Assembly: GCA_964609855.1 (NCBI GenBank)
Contig: CAZSTB010000005.1
Span: 1,467 to 65,466, forward strand
DNA: 64,000 bases
Direction: 5' to 3'
Source of the DNA: an uncultured Bdellovibrionales bacterium
Lineage (GTDB): Bacteria; Patescibacteriota; Minisyncoccia; Moranbacterales; GWC2-37-73
A model generated the notes under the pieces. The model was not told where the DNA came from. It saw nothing but the letters and a program-made list of their open reading frames with translations, and did not search any database. The translations under genes were made by a program, and so were the position numbers. Shown here in pieces: positions 9,310-17,315 of this stretch (its first letter is position 1; every line of letters begins with the position of its first letter).

Positions 9310-12045
9310 ATGGAAAAACAAATATATAATTTAAGCGCCACAGAAGTGCTGAAAAAATTCTCAGTAACTACTGCTGGCTTGACCTCGGTTCAGGCGCAGC
9401 AACGCACAAAGGAATACGGTTTAAACAGCGTTGCAAAGAAGCAAAATTGGAGCTGGTTTGCTTTATTAATGAATCAGTTTAATGATGCTCTAGTTTGGAT
9501 CCTGCTTGCAGCAGGATTTTTAGCTTTTATATTTGGCGAGCAAAGAGATACGGTAATAATTTTTTTGATTATTTTTATTAATGCTGCCATCGGTTTCTTT
9601 CAGGAGTATAAGGCCGAAAAAACCTTGGAAAATATTCGACGCTTGGCAAGTGATAGGGCTTTAGTTTTGCGCGATGGTGAAAGAAAGGAAATCGATGCAA
9701 AATTTTTGGTGCCTGGCGATATAATAATTCTGGCTGCCGGTGATACTGTACCTGCAGATGCTTATCTGCTTGAGAGTTATGATGTTTATTGCAACGAATT
9801 TATTTTTACTGGCGAATCAAAGCCTGGAAAAAAAATGCTTCAAGTCATTGCTGAAGAAAATATAGAGCTTGCAGATATGGACAACATGGTTTTAATGGGA
9901 ACGGCACTTACACGCGGCAGTGCGGTCGCTATCGTAACAGGAACAGGATCCAATACGCAACTTGGGAATATTGCTCATCTTGTCAGTGAGGTTAAGGAAG
10001 AAGAAACACCATTGCAAAAACAAATGCGTGTTTTGGGTAGGGATGTTTCGATTTTGGCAATCATGGTTGGTACACTCGTGATGATTGGCGGCTATTATTA
10101 CAATGTTTCTATGTATGAAAACTTCTTATTCGCACTTGCGCTTTCTGTTTCAGTTGTTCCTGAAGGTCTTCCTGCGGCAATCTCAGTAGCTCTATCATTG
10201 GGCATGAAAAAATTACTGAAAAAGAATGTGTTGGCAAAAAAACTGAATTCAGTTGAGACATTGGCTTCTGTAAGTGTTATTTGTACAGATAAAACTGGAA
10301 CTATAACTCGCAATGAACTGATGGTAACAAATATCATTGCTGGCGACGATGAATTTATAGTAGATGGGGAAGGGTATAAGAATCAAGGAAATTTTTCAAT
10401 ATTTGGACGAGTTATAAAACCTCAGGATTATCCTCAATTAGGAATGCTCTTTCAGATAGCCACGATCTGTAATGATGCTACTCTCACTGAAAAGGCAGGC
10501 AGTCCGGTAATTACCGGCGACCCTACTGAAGTTGCCTTGCTTGTGGCTGCAAGAAAATATGCTAAACTGGATTCATTTTATGAAAATTTAGTAAAAATCG
10601 ATGAAAATCCTTTTTCTTCGGAGCGCATGTGCATGAGCGTAATTTGCAGGGCTGCCGATAAGAGTCTAGCCTCCTTTGTAAAGGGTTCTCCAGATGTAAT
10701 GATTGATCTTTGTACTCATAAACGCATCGGAGAATCAATCATTCCTTTTACGCCAGAAGAAAAGCAGAAGGCTAAAAATAGCTATAACGCAATGAGTAAG
10801 CAATCGTTGAGAGTATTGGCATTTGCTGAGCGGAGCTTGGATGGGGTTGAGAATGCGGCGCTTATTGATGAAGCGGAAAAAAAATTAGTATGGGTTGGGA
10901 TGATGGGAATGATTGATCCACCACGCTCAGATGTGCGGGTGGCAATTGAAGAGTGTATAAAATCAGGTATTAAAGTCGTCATGATAACTGGCGATTATGA
11001 AATTACAGCGGAAGCGATAGCGAAAAAAGTTGGACTGCTTAAATCTGCAAACGGCGAAGTTATAAACGGGAAAACATTGAATACTTTGACGGATGCAGAG
11101 ATTCTCCAAAAGGTCACGGAGAGAGAGATTGTTTTTGCTAGGATTGCACCTGAGCAGAAATTAAGGATTGCAAATTGTCTGAAAGCTGGCGGAGTCATCA
11201 TTGCAATGACTGGGGATGGGGTAAATGATGCCCCGGCTTTAAAAGCCGCGAATATTGGGATAGCGATGGGGATTACTGGAACAGATGTCGCTAAAGAGGC
11301 GTCTGATATGATTCTATTGGATGATAATTTTGCTTCTATTGTAAAAGTCATTAAGGAAGGAAGAACTATTTATCTTAACCTTAAGAAATTCGTATATTAC
11401 GTTTTTACTTCAAATGTAAGTGAGTTTTTTACGGTTGCTATCGGCTTATTGCTTCAGATACCAGCTCCGATTGCAGCAGTGCAGATTTTGGCAATCGATT
11501 TGGGAACAGATATATTGCCTTCATTTTCCTTGGGAAAGGAGCTTCCAGAGCCAAACATTATGAAGCATAAGCCGTTTGATTCTAATGAGAAAGTTTTAAA
11601 TTCAGAAGGAATTTGGCGATTACTAAAAGTGGGGCTCATTATGGCTACGGGAGCTGTTATTGCTTTTATTCTATCCATGAAACGCGGCGGTTGGGATTTT
11701 GGCAATAAAATCGATCCAAACAGCGTACTATATATTAGATCCACTACTGCAACTTATACGGTGCTGGCAATGACTCAGATGGCAAACTTGATGCAAGCAA
11801 GAAGCGAAACAATTTCAGTATTTAAGTTAGGGTTTTTTAAAAACATGTATGCTGTTTGGGCAATGATAATGTCTACCGGGATTCTGCTATCTTTTATGTA
11901 CGTACCATTTTTGCAAAAGTCGCTTCACATGACGCCAATATTTTGGCAAGATTGGATGATGGTTATCGTAACATTTTTGGCAGTCTTTGTTTTCGAGGAA
12001 GGTCGAAAGGCTGAAAGCTCAGAATTTAAGAATAGAAGAAAATAA
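9310..12045 (+). CDS. P-type cation-transporting ATPase (P2-type, Ca2+/Mg2+-like).
   Basis: DKTGTIT phosphorylation motif, MTGDGVNDAPAL hinge, 10 TM segments. Confidence 0.85.
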   Translation: MEKQIYNLSATEVLKKFSVTTAGLTSVQAQQRTKEYGLNSVAKKQNWSWFALLMNQFNDALVWILLAAGFLAFIFGEQRDTVIIFLIIFINAAIGFFQEYKAEKTLENIRRLASDRALVLRDGERKEIDAKFLVPGDIIILAAGDTVPADAYLLESYDVYCNEFIFTGESKPGKKMLQVIAEENIELADMDNMVLMGTALTRGSAVAIVTGTGSNTQLGNIAHLVSEVKEEETPLQKQMRVLGRDVSILAIMVGTLVMIGGYYYNVSMYENFLFALALSVSVVPEGLPAAISVALSLGMKKLLKKNVLAKKLNSVETLASVSVICTDKTGTITRNELMVTNIIAGDDEFIVDGEGYKNQGNFSIFGRVIKPQDYPQLGMLFQIATICNDATLTEKAGSPVITGDPTEVALLVAARKYAKLDSFYENLVKIDENPFSSERMCMSVICRAADKSLASFVKGSPDVMIDLCTHKRIGESIIPFTPEEKQKAKNSYNAMSKQSLRVLAFAERSLDGVENAALIDEAEKKLVWVGMMGMIDPPRSDVRVAIEECIKSGIKVVMITGDYEITAEAIAKKVGLLKSANGEVINGKTLNTLTDAEILQKVTEREIVFARIAPEQKLRIANCLKAGGVIIAMTGDGVNDAPALKAANIGIAMGITGTDVAKEASDMILLDDNFASIVKVIKEGRTIYLNLKKFVYYVFTSNVSEFFTVAIGLLLQIPAPIAAVQILAIDLGTDILPSFSLGKELPEPNIMKHKPFDSNEKVLNSEGIWRLLKVGLIMATGAVIAFILSMKRGGWDFGNKIDPNSVLYIRSTTATYTVLAMTQMANLMQARSETISVFKLGFFKNMYAVWAMIMSTGILLSFMYVPFLQKSLHMTPIFWQDWMMVIVTFLAVFVFEEGRKAESSEFKNRRK

Positions 12046-12049
12046 AAAT

Positions 12050-12982
12050 ATGATAAATATTCAAGAAAATATTGCCTTGGCGCCGCTGACTTCATTTAGG
12101 GTAGGCGGAAATGCGATTTTTTACGTTGAGGTTAGTGATGTGGAGCAATTAAAGGAGGCTTTGTCTTTTGCAGAAAGCAAGAAGATAGATTTTTTCGTGT
12201 TGGGTGGCGGCACAAATCTACTTGTTAGCGACAAGGGATTTGAGGGATTGGTTATTCGAATGAAAATGAATGAAATTTGCCTGAATGAAGAAATAATCAA
12301 TGTTCAAGCAGGAGTACCTTTAATAAAGACTATAAATATGGCTGCTACTGCAGGTCTTTCAGGGATGGAGAAAATGGCCGGCATTCCAGGAACGATCGGA
12401 GGTGCAGTAAGGGGAAATGCAGGGGCATTTGGAACGGAGATTTGTGATAGTGTCATAGAAGTTGAAGCCTTTGACTGTAAGAAAAAGGAGATTGCAATCT
12501 TTGATCGAACGATATGTGATTTTGCATATCGCTCAAGTATTTTTAAAAAAGATAAGCAGCTGATTGTTCTGTCGGTTAAAATTGCCTTAAAAAAAAGCAC
12601 CCCTACGGAGGTTCAGCAATTAACGAAAGATACTATAATTAAACGCGCAAGTACTGGCTTGCATGGAGTAAAAAGTGCGGGTTCATATTTTATGAATCCG
12701 AAAGTTGAAAATCAAAAGCTTAAAGATGATTTCGAGAGAGAAAAAGGCGTGGAAGCCAGGGAGGGTAAGCTGCCAGCAGGCTGGGTAATTGAACAAGCTG
12801 GTCTTATTGGTAAGAAAATTGGAGGAGCAGCAATAAGTGAAAAACATGCGAATTATATAGTTAATGATAATAATGCCACAGCGGATGAAATCATGATGCT
12901 GGTAAGTTATGTGAAGCAACAAGTTAGGGACCAATTCGGCGTGCAGTTGCAGGAGGAAATAAATTACATCGGTTTTAATTAA
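12050..12982 (+). CDS. murB: UDP-N-acetylenolpyruvoylglucosamine reductase.
   Basis: LTSFRVGG...LGGGTNLL FAD-binding MurB signature. ATG at 12050 lies just after the ATPase stop; the longer ORF from 11987 would overlap it. Confidence 0.85.
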   Translation: MINIQENIALAPLTSFRVGGNAIFYVEVSDVEQLKEALSFAESKKIDFFVLGGGTNLLVSDKGFEGLVIRMKMNEICLNEEIINVQAGVPLIKTINMAATAGLSGMEKMAGIPGTIGGAVRGNAGAFGTEICDSVIEVEAFDCKKKEIAIFDRTICDFAYRSSIFKKDKQLIVLSVKIALKKSTPTEVQQLTKDTIIKRASTGLHGVKSAGSYFMNPKVENQKLKDDFEREKGVEAREGKLPAGWVIEQAGLIGKKIGGAAISEKHANYIVNDNNATADEIMMLVSYVKQQVRDQFGVQLQEEINYIGFN

Positions 12983-13002
12983 TTTTTTTAATATATAAAC
13001 AA

Positions 13003-13365
13003 ATGAGCACAACAGAAAACATGAGGTTTTTTTTCAAAGGAGTTGCAGTCGATCAGAAAACTAGAGATTATATCGAAAAACGCCTGAGCGGTCTGGATAA
13101 ATTTGTTGATAATATTTTAAAATCTGAAGTTGAGATTGATTTGGATAAAAAGGGTAAATTTCGCGTTGAGGTAATTATTCAGACTCCGCGTAACATGTTT
13201 ATGGCTGATAATACGACTGATAGTATTGAGGCTTCAACTGATATGGTAGTTGATGAACTGCAAAAACAAATTACCAATTTTAAAGATAAATTGCGAACAC
13301 TGAAAAAGAGAGGCGCTATTTCTCTTAAGAAAAAAGTAGTAGTTGATGAATCTGCTCGTTTCTAA
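13003..13365 (+). CDS. hpf: Ribosome hibernation promoting factor (RaiA/HPF family).
   Basis: About 120 aa, matching the HPF/YfiA fold pattern. Terminator follows at 13391-13420. Confidence 0.75.
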   Translation: MSTTENMRFFFKGVAVDQKTRDYIEKRLSGLDKFVDNILKSEVEIDLDKKGKFRVEVIIQTPRNMFMADNTTDSIEASTDMVVDELQKQITNFKDKLRTLKKRGAISLKKKVVVDESARF

Positions 13366-13390
13366 TAGTGGTAATATTGGAACATAATAA

Positions 13391-13420
13391 AAGCAAGGCA
13401 TTAGCGCCTTGCTTTTTATC
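13391..13420 (+). terminator. Rho-independent terminator after hpf.
   Basis: gcaaggc-attagc-gccttgc followed by TTTTT. Confidence 0.7.
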
Positions 13421-13550
13421 GCAGCGGCATTATAGCAAAGAGAATTATGATGGCTCCAATAACTGCTAGAATGATACCAATAGGACCAAGAATTACTTCC
13501 GGATTTATCAGGCTCACAATCACTGATATAGCCCAAACGAAAACTAGAAT

Positions 13551-13698
13551 AAAAGGTATTATACCCCAGGGCAAGCCCTGGACCCTTCGAGTTCCGTGGC
13601 GCTCCGTCGCTGGGGTATTAAACCTTTTGATATCATCGCTCGCTCGGAAATGAAAGCATGCTTTCATTTCGCTCGCTTCGCTTGATAATAAAAATAAT
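13551..13698 (+). repeat. Composite intergenic repeat R1 (~150 bp, + orientation). Module A aaaaggtattataCCCCAGGGCaaGCCCTGGaccc, a variable middle, module B tttcatttcgctcgcttcgcttgataataaaaat.
   Basis: Strong alignment to the reverse complement of 42916-43052. Shares its ends with 25167-25295 and 28622-28790. Confidence 0.85.
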
Positions 13699-13806
13699 CC
13701 AAAATGCAAATTTCATGGAATTTGTTGTTTTTTAATTACCTAAATAATACATGAATTCAAGGGTTATATTCTTAACTAGTGTTTGTGTTAAGGGTGATAT
13801 GTGATA

Positions 13807-13834
13807 TTGACATTCAAATTCAAACTTGTATAAT
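13807..13834 (+). promoter_or_regulatory. Near-consensus sigma70 promoter (TTGACA-16-TATAAT).
   Basis: ttgacattcaaattcaaacttgtataat. Confidence 0.6.
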
Positions 13835-13839
13835 TGCAA

Positions 13840-13988
13840 TATGCTTACAAACAAATCAAATCAAAATATTTATACATTTATGTATTTTTGGTTTATCGGC
13901 CGCCAAGGTCGGTTTGTTTTTGCGAATAATGCATAAGAGTTTATACATTGTTCGAATTGATAAGCCGACCTTGAAGGGTCGGTTTTTT
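13840..13988 (+). ncRNA. Candidate small RNA (~150 nt) between the consensus promoter and an intrinsic terminator.
   Basis: Promoter at 13807-13834. Terminator ccgacc-ttgaag-ggtcgg plus TTTTTT at 13965-13988, and a related weaker hairpin at about 13905-13935. No SD-associated ORF. Confidence 0.35.
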
Positions 13989-14049
13989 GTTTTAATTTAG
14001 TTTCTTAACATCACTGTCCCAGTGTGGACAAAAAAAGGAGAAAATATTC

Positions 14050-14253
14050 ATGAAAAGAGGATACTTTGTGGAGTCTTCCAATGTAGGCATGAAGGGTCGA
14101 GAGCAGGCAATGAATGAGCAAATAATGGAGGGGCAAACTGGAATAATGCAGTATGCTTCAATAAATAACAATGATTTTGTTGCAGAATTCTGCCCCTATG
14201 ATATGGGTTCAATTGCACTGAGGAGAATGCGCTTGAATAGATCCAGACGCTAG
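14050..14253 (+). CDS. Small hypothetical protein (67 aa) with a strong SD.
   Basis: AAGGAG about 10 nt before the ATG. First gene of a two-gene unit that ends at the terminator at 14509. Confidence 0.45.
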   Translation: MKRGYFVESSNVGMKGREQAMNEQIMEGQTGIMQYASINNNDFVAEFCPYDMGSIALRRMRLNRSRR

Positions 14254-14300
14254 CTTATTCATTGTCAAAGATAAGAAAACATTGAAAAAAGAGGTGAGCT

Positions 14301-14489
14301 ATGAATGCTGGGTATTCAGTGGAAGACACCCTTGAAGATCCCTATGATAAATTGCAAGCAGCTATTGAGCTGAAAAAAGAACTGCAAAGAGAAATTGCCA
14401 TTAATCATGATCCAAAATTGAAAGAACAATTTTTTAAGCAGGAAATGTTGGTAACTAGTTTAAAAAAGTCACTGCAATTGTGTTGGTAA
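14301..14489 (+). CDS. Small hypothetical protein (62 aa) with an SD.
   Basis: AGAGGTG 6 nt before the ATG. Followed by a strong terminator. Confidence 0.45.
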   Translation: MNAGYSVEDTLEDPYDKLQAAIELKKELQREIAINHDPKLKEQFFKQEMLVTSLKKSLQLCW

Positions 14490-14508
14490 AAATTGCTTCA
14501 ACCGGACA

Positions 14509-14543
14509 GGGGAAGTTGCGTATTGCGCAGCTTCCCCTTTTTT
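14509..14543 (+). terminator. Rho-independent terminator.
   Basis: ggggaagttgcg-tat-tgcgcagcttcccc followed by TTTTTT. Confidence 0.8.
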
Positions 14544-14597
14544 CTTGTAGTGGTATAATAAGATTATCGTTCGTAGATTTTTTTGATAAAAAACAAT

Positions 14598-15170
14598 ATG
14601 AAATTTAATAAAAATACATTCGAAATAATATTCTTTGCTCGCGGAGGACAGGGTGCAAAGACCGCTTCAGAACTTGTTGCGCACGGAGCAGTTTTGGAAG
14701 GAAAATATGTGAAAGCCTTTCCTTTTTTTGGACCAGAGCGTTCTGGTGCTCCAACAAAAATGTTTTTACGTATTTCTGAAAGCGAAATTCGCACACAAGA
14801 GCCGATTATTGATCCTGATGTTGTCGTGGTGATGGATGAAACTGTTTTGGACACGGATTACGTGACTGCCAGTTTAGCCAAAAATGAGTCCTTGATTATA
14901 AATTCAAAAAATAGTCCGAATGAAATTAGAAAAAAGATTTTACATTTTGAAGGTAAGATTCATGCCATAGATGCAACTGGAATTGCGATCAGAATTACTG
15001 GAAATGCCAACCCTAACATGGTACTTGTTGGACAGCTTATTAAGATTTCAGAAATTATAAAGCTTGAAAGTGCGGCGGAAATTTTTCGTGAAGTATTCAA
15101 TGAAAAATTAGGAAAAGATTTGACTGAAAAGAATATCAAAGCCATGGAGGAGGGATATGATGCGCTATAA
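14598..15170 (+). CDS. porG: Pyruvate/2-oxoacid:ferredoxin oxidoreductase gamma subunit.
   Basis: FFARGGQGAKTA signature. Operon context with delta, alpha and beta subunits. Confidence 0.8.
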   Translation: MKFNKNTFEIIFFARGGQGAKTASELVAHGAVLEGKYVKAFPFFGPERSGAPTKMFLRISESEIRTQEPIIDPDVVVVMDETVLDTDYVTASLAKNESLIINSKNSPNEIRKKILHFEGKIHAIDATGIAIRITGNANPNMVLVGQLIKISEIIKLESAAEIFREVFNEKLGKDLTEKNIKAMEEGYDAL

Positions 15171-15296
15171 GAAAATAATTTAGAATTCGGAATTTCGAAT
15201 AATATCTGAATTACATAACGTTTTAAAAATTCAAAATTTAATCATTAGAAATTCATTCAAAATTCAAAATTATAAATTCAAAATTTGTTAAATATT

Positions 15297-15587
15297 ATGG
15301 AAAAAGGAGGAATTATAACGCATGACCAAAGTAAAGCTCCAAAAACCGGAGACTGGAAATATTCGTCGCCAGTTATTGATGCTGCCAAATGTATCGGATG
15401 TAAGACCTGCGTACCGCATTGCCCTGAGGCAGTTATGGAAATGAGGGCGAGAGCTACTGAAGAAATTGAAATCAGTGGAAAAATTGGAAAGGAAAAGGAA
15501 ATCGTTGGGGTTGATATGGAATATTGTAAGGGTTGCGGCGTGTGTGCTCAAGTTTGTCCGGTTAAGGCCATAAATATGAAAAAGTAA
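15297..15587 (+). CDS. porD: Pyruvate:ferredoxin oxidoreductase delta subunit (2x[4Fe-4S] ferredoxin).
   Basis: CIGCKTCVPHCP and CKGCGVCAQVCP cluster motifs. Confidence 0.8.
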   Translation: MEKGGIITHDQSKAPKTGDWKYSSPVIDAAKCIGCKTCVPHCPEAVMEMRARATEEIEISGKIGKEKEIVGVDMEYCKGCGVCAQVCPVKAINMKK

Positions 15588-15600
15588 ACTTTTTTCATAT

Positions 15601-15630
15601 TTAGTATCCAGTATATGGTATCCTGTATGG
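15601..15630 (+). repeat. Heptamer-periodic array (..TAGTA|TCCAGTA|TATGGTA|TCCTGTA..), left flank of the four-helix-bundle pseudogene.
   Basis: 7-bp periodicity ending in GTA. Inverted relative to 16005-16038 (tttGGTA x4 on the opposite strand). Confidence 0.5.
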
Positions 15631-16001
15631 AATACAAAAATTCAAAAATACAGTCGTTTACTGATCTAGAAGCCTGGAGAGAGGGTCATAGATTAGTATT
15701 GGGTATTTATAGGATATCGCAAAAATTTCCAAAAGAAGAAATTTATGGTTTGGTTAGTTAGATGAGAAGGTGTTCAGTTTCCATAACCTCTAATATTGCT
15801 GAAGGTTTCAGTAGGAATACCGTAAAGGATAAGTATCAATTTTATTGTGTAGCACATGGTTCGCTGACTGAATTGCAAAATCAATTATTGATTGCTCGTG
15901 ATATAAAATATTTGGAAAAAGCTGAGTTTGATAAAATTGCTTCGCAAACAATCACAGTAACAAAATTACTTAATGGTTTAAAGAGAATTAAAAATCAATG
16001 A
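15627..16001 (+). pseudogene. Four-helix-bundle protein gene (TIGR02436-type, '23S rRNA intervening-sequence protein' family) disrupted by a 1-nt insertion near 15718 and an in-frame TAG (at a conserved Gln) near 15760.
   Basis: Upstream frame reads MEYKNSKIQSFTDLEAWREGHRLVLGIYRIS. The downstream frame reads ...QKFPKEEIYGLVS*MRRCSVSITSNIAEGF, which aligns with the intact paralog at 55314-55676 (...FPKTEQYGIISQMRRAAVSIPSNIAEG). Confidence 0.7.
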
Positions 16002-17191
16002 AAAAAATACCAAATACCAAATACCAAATACTAAATACCCATCGCGTTCGCGCGATGAATGGTGGTTATGCAGTGGCGGAAGCTTTTCGTCAAATTCACC
16101 CTGATGTGATGGCGGTATATCCGATTACGCCGCAAACCACGATCATAGAAACCTATGCGAAAATGAAAGCTGACGGACTAGTTGCGACGGAGATTATCCA
16201 AGCTGAATCCGAGCATTCAGCCATGAGCGCAACAATTGGAGCTTGCAGTGCGGGGGCGCGAGCAGTGACAGCTTCAAGCTCGCAAGGAATTTTACATATG
16301 GCGGAAACTTTGCCGGTAGTGAGTGGCCTAGGTCTTCCTATTGTGATGGCTGTAAGTTCTAGAGCGCTTTCCGCACCGCTTAATATCCATGGCGAGCATG
16401 GAGATGTGATGGCTGTGCGCGACATGGGCTGGATTCAGATTTTTGCTGAGCAGGCGCAAGATGCATATGATAACACTATAATTGCCCTCAGGTTGGCTGA
16501 AAAAGCGGGGGTGCCAGTTATGCCGATTATGGATGGATTCCATACCTCACACACTACAGAGCGCGTGGAGATGATTGAAGATGAAATTATCCGGACTTTT
16601 GTCGGTGATTTTGCGCCCGAGCAAAAACTAACGGATTTTGAGGACCCTATCACACTTGGAACCTTGGCGCTGCAAAACACTTATTTTGAATTTAAAGTTG
16701 AGCAAGAAAAGAGGATGGAAAAAGCCAAATCTGAATATGTGAAAATTTGCAGTGAGTATGCAAAAATTTCTGGAAGAAAACATGGTCTTTTTGAATCCTA
16801 CAAAATGAAAGATGCTCAAGAGGTTATTGTGATGATGGGTGCAACTGCAGGCACAGCTAAAGATGTTGTGGATGCATTGCGCGAAAAAGGCAAAAAAGTT
16901 GGACTCTTGAAAATAAATTTATATAGACCCTTTCCCTATAAAGAAGTTGGCAATGAGCTTGCGCACATCAAGAAAATTGCAGTATTGGATCGCGCTATTT
17001 CATTCGGCGCTTACCCGCCGCTCTATCAAGACATAGTAATTGCTATGCAACATGCTGGCAGCCGTAAGCATGAAGTTTCCAGTTATATTTATGGACTCGG
17101 TGGACGAGATACGATGCAAAAAGATATCGAAAAAGTTTACAATGATTTAGAGGAGGGAGAGATTTCTAACAAAATAAAATACCTAAAGTAA
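15998..17191 (+). CDS. porA: Pyruvate:ferredoxin oxidoreductase alpha subunit. The N-terminal 16 aa are encoded by the heptamer array; the functional start may be the internal Met near 16049.
   Basis: ...YPITPQTTIIE motif of PorA. ATGA overlap with the upstream ORF stop. Confidence 0.8.
   Translation: MKKIPNTKYQILNTHRVRAMNGGYAVAEAFRQIHPDVMAVYPITPQTTIIETYAKMKADGLVATEIIQAESEHSAMSATIGACSAGARAVTASSSQGILHMAETLPVVSGLGLPIVMAVSSRALSAPLNIHGEHGDVMAVRDMGWIQIFAEQAQDAYDNTIIALRLAEKAGVPVMPIMDGFHTSHTTERVEMIEDEIIRTFVGDFAPEQKLTDFEDPITLGTLALQNTYFEFKVEQEKRMEKAKSEYVKICSEYAKISGRKHGLFESYKMKDAQEVIVMMGATAGTAKDVVDALREKGKKVGLLKINLYRPFPYKEVGNELAHIKKIAVLDRAISFGAYPPLYQDIVIAMQHAGSRKHEVSSYIYGLGGRDTMQKDIEKVYNDLEEGEISNKIKYLK
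16005..16038 (+). repeat. Heptamer tandem repeat (ccaaata)x4-5, right flank of the pseudogene cassette. Translated as KIPNTKYQILNT at the annotated PorA N-terminus.
   Basis: ataccaaataccaaataccaaatactaaatacc. Confidence 0.6.
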
Positions 17192-17283
17192 TTTTATTTT
17201 TTAATTTACAATGATCAATTTACAATTTACAATTAAATATCAATTACACAATGTAAAATGAAAATTTTGAAAATTCAATGAAA

Positions 17284-17307
17284 ATTGAAAATTGTGAATT
17301 GAAAATT
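17284..17307 (+). promoter_or_regulatory. Conserved 24-mer ATTGAAAATTGTGAATTGAAAATT directly upstream of porB. Identical copy at 48808-48831, related copy near 58807-58840.
   Basis: Exact 24-nt identity between two unlinked intergenic loci. Confidence 0.5.
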
Positions 17308-17315
17308 ATTTAAAT

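Noticed and set aside
13416-13709. 97-aa ORF on the - strand overlapping repeat R1
   Set aside because: Its N-terminal half is encoded by the repeat, and the equivalent frame in the other copies is closed. Only the C-terminal 49-aa TM segment (possible TTG start inside the hairpin) might be real, and there is no convincing RBS. Not listed as a feature.
15757-15765. In-frame TAG in the four-helix-bundle gene as possible stop-codon recoding
   Set aside because: The same gene also carries a 1-nt frameshift about 40 nt upstream. Many other genes in the window terminate with TAG, TAA and TGA normally, and the prfB UGA frameshift site shows standard code usage. Pseudogene is the simpler explanation.
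16005-16038. ccaaata x4 repeat as a contingency-locus (phase-variable) tract in porA
   Set aside because: Heptamer units keep the frame only in multiples of 3. More parsimoniously it is the flank of the inserted cassette, matching the inverted array on the other side.
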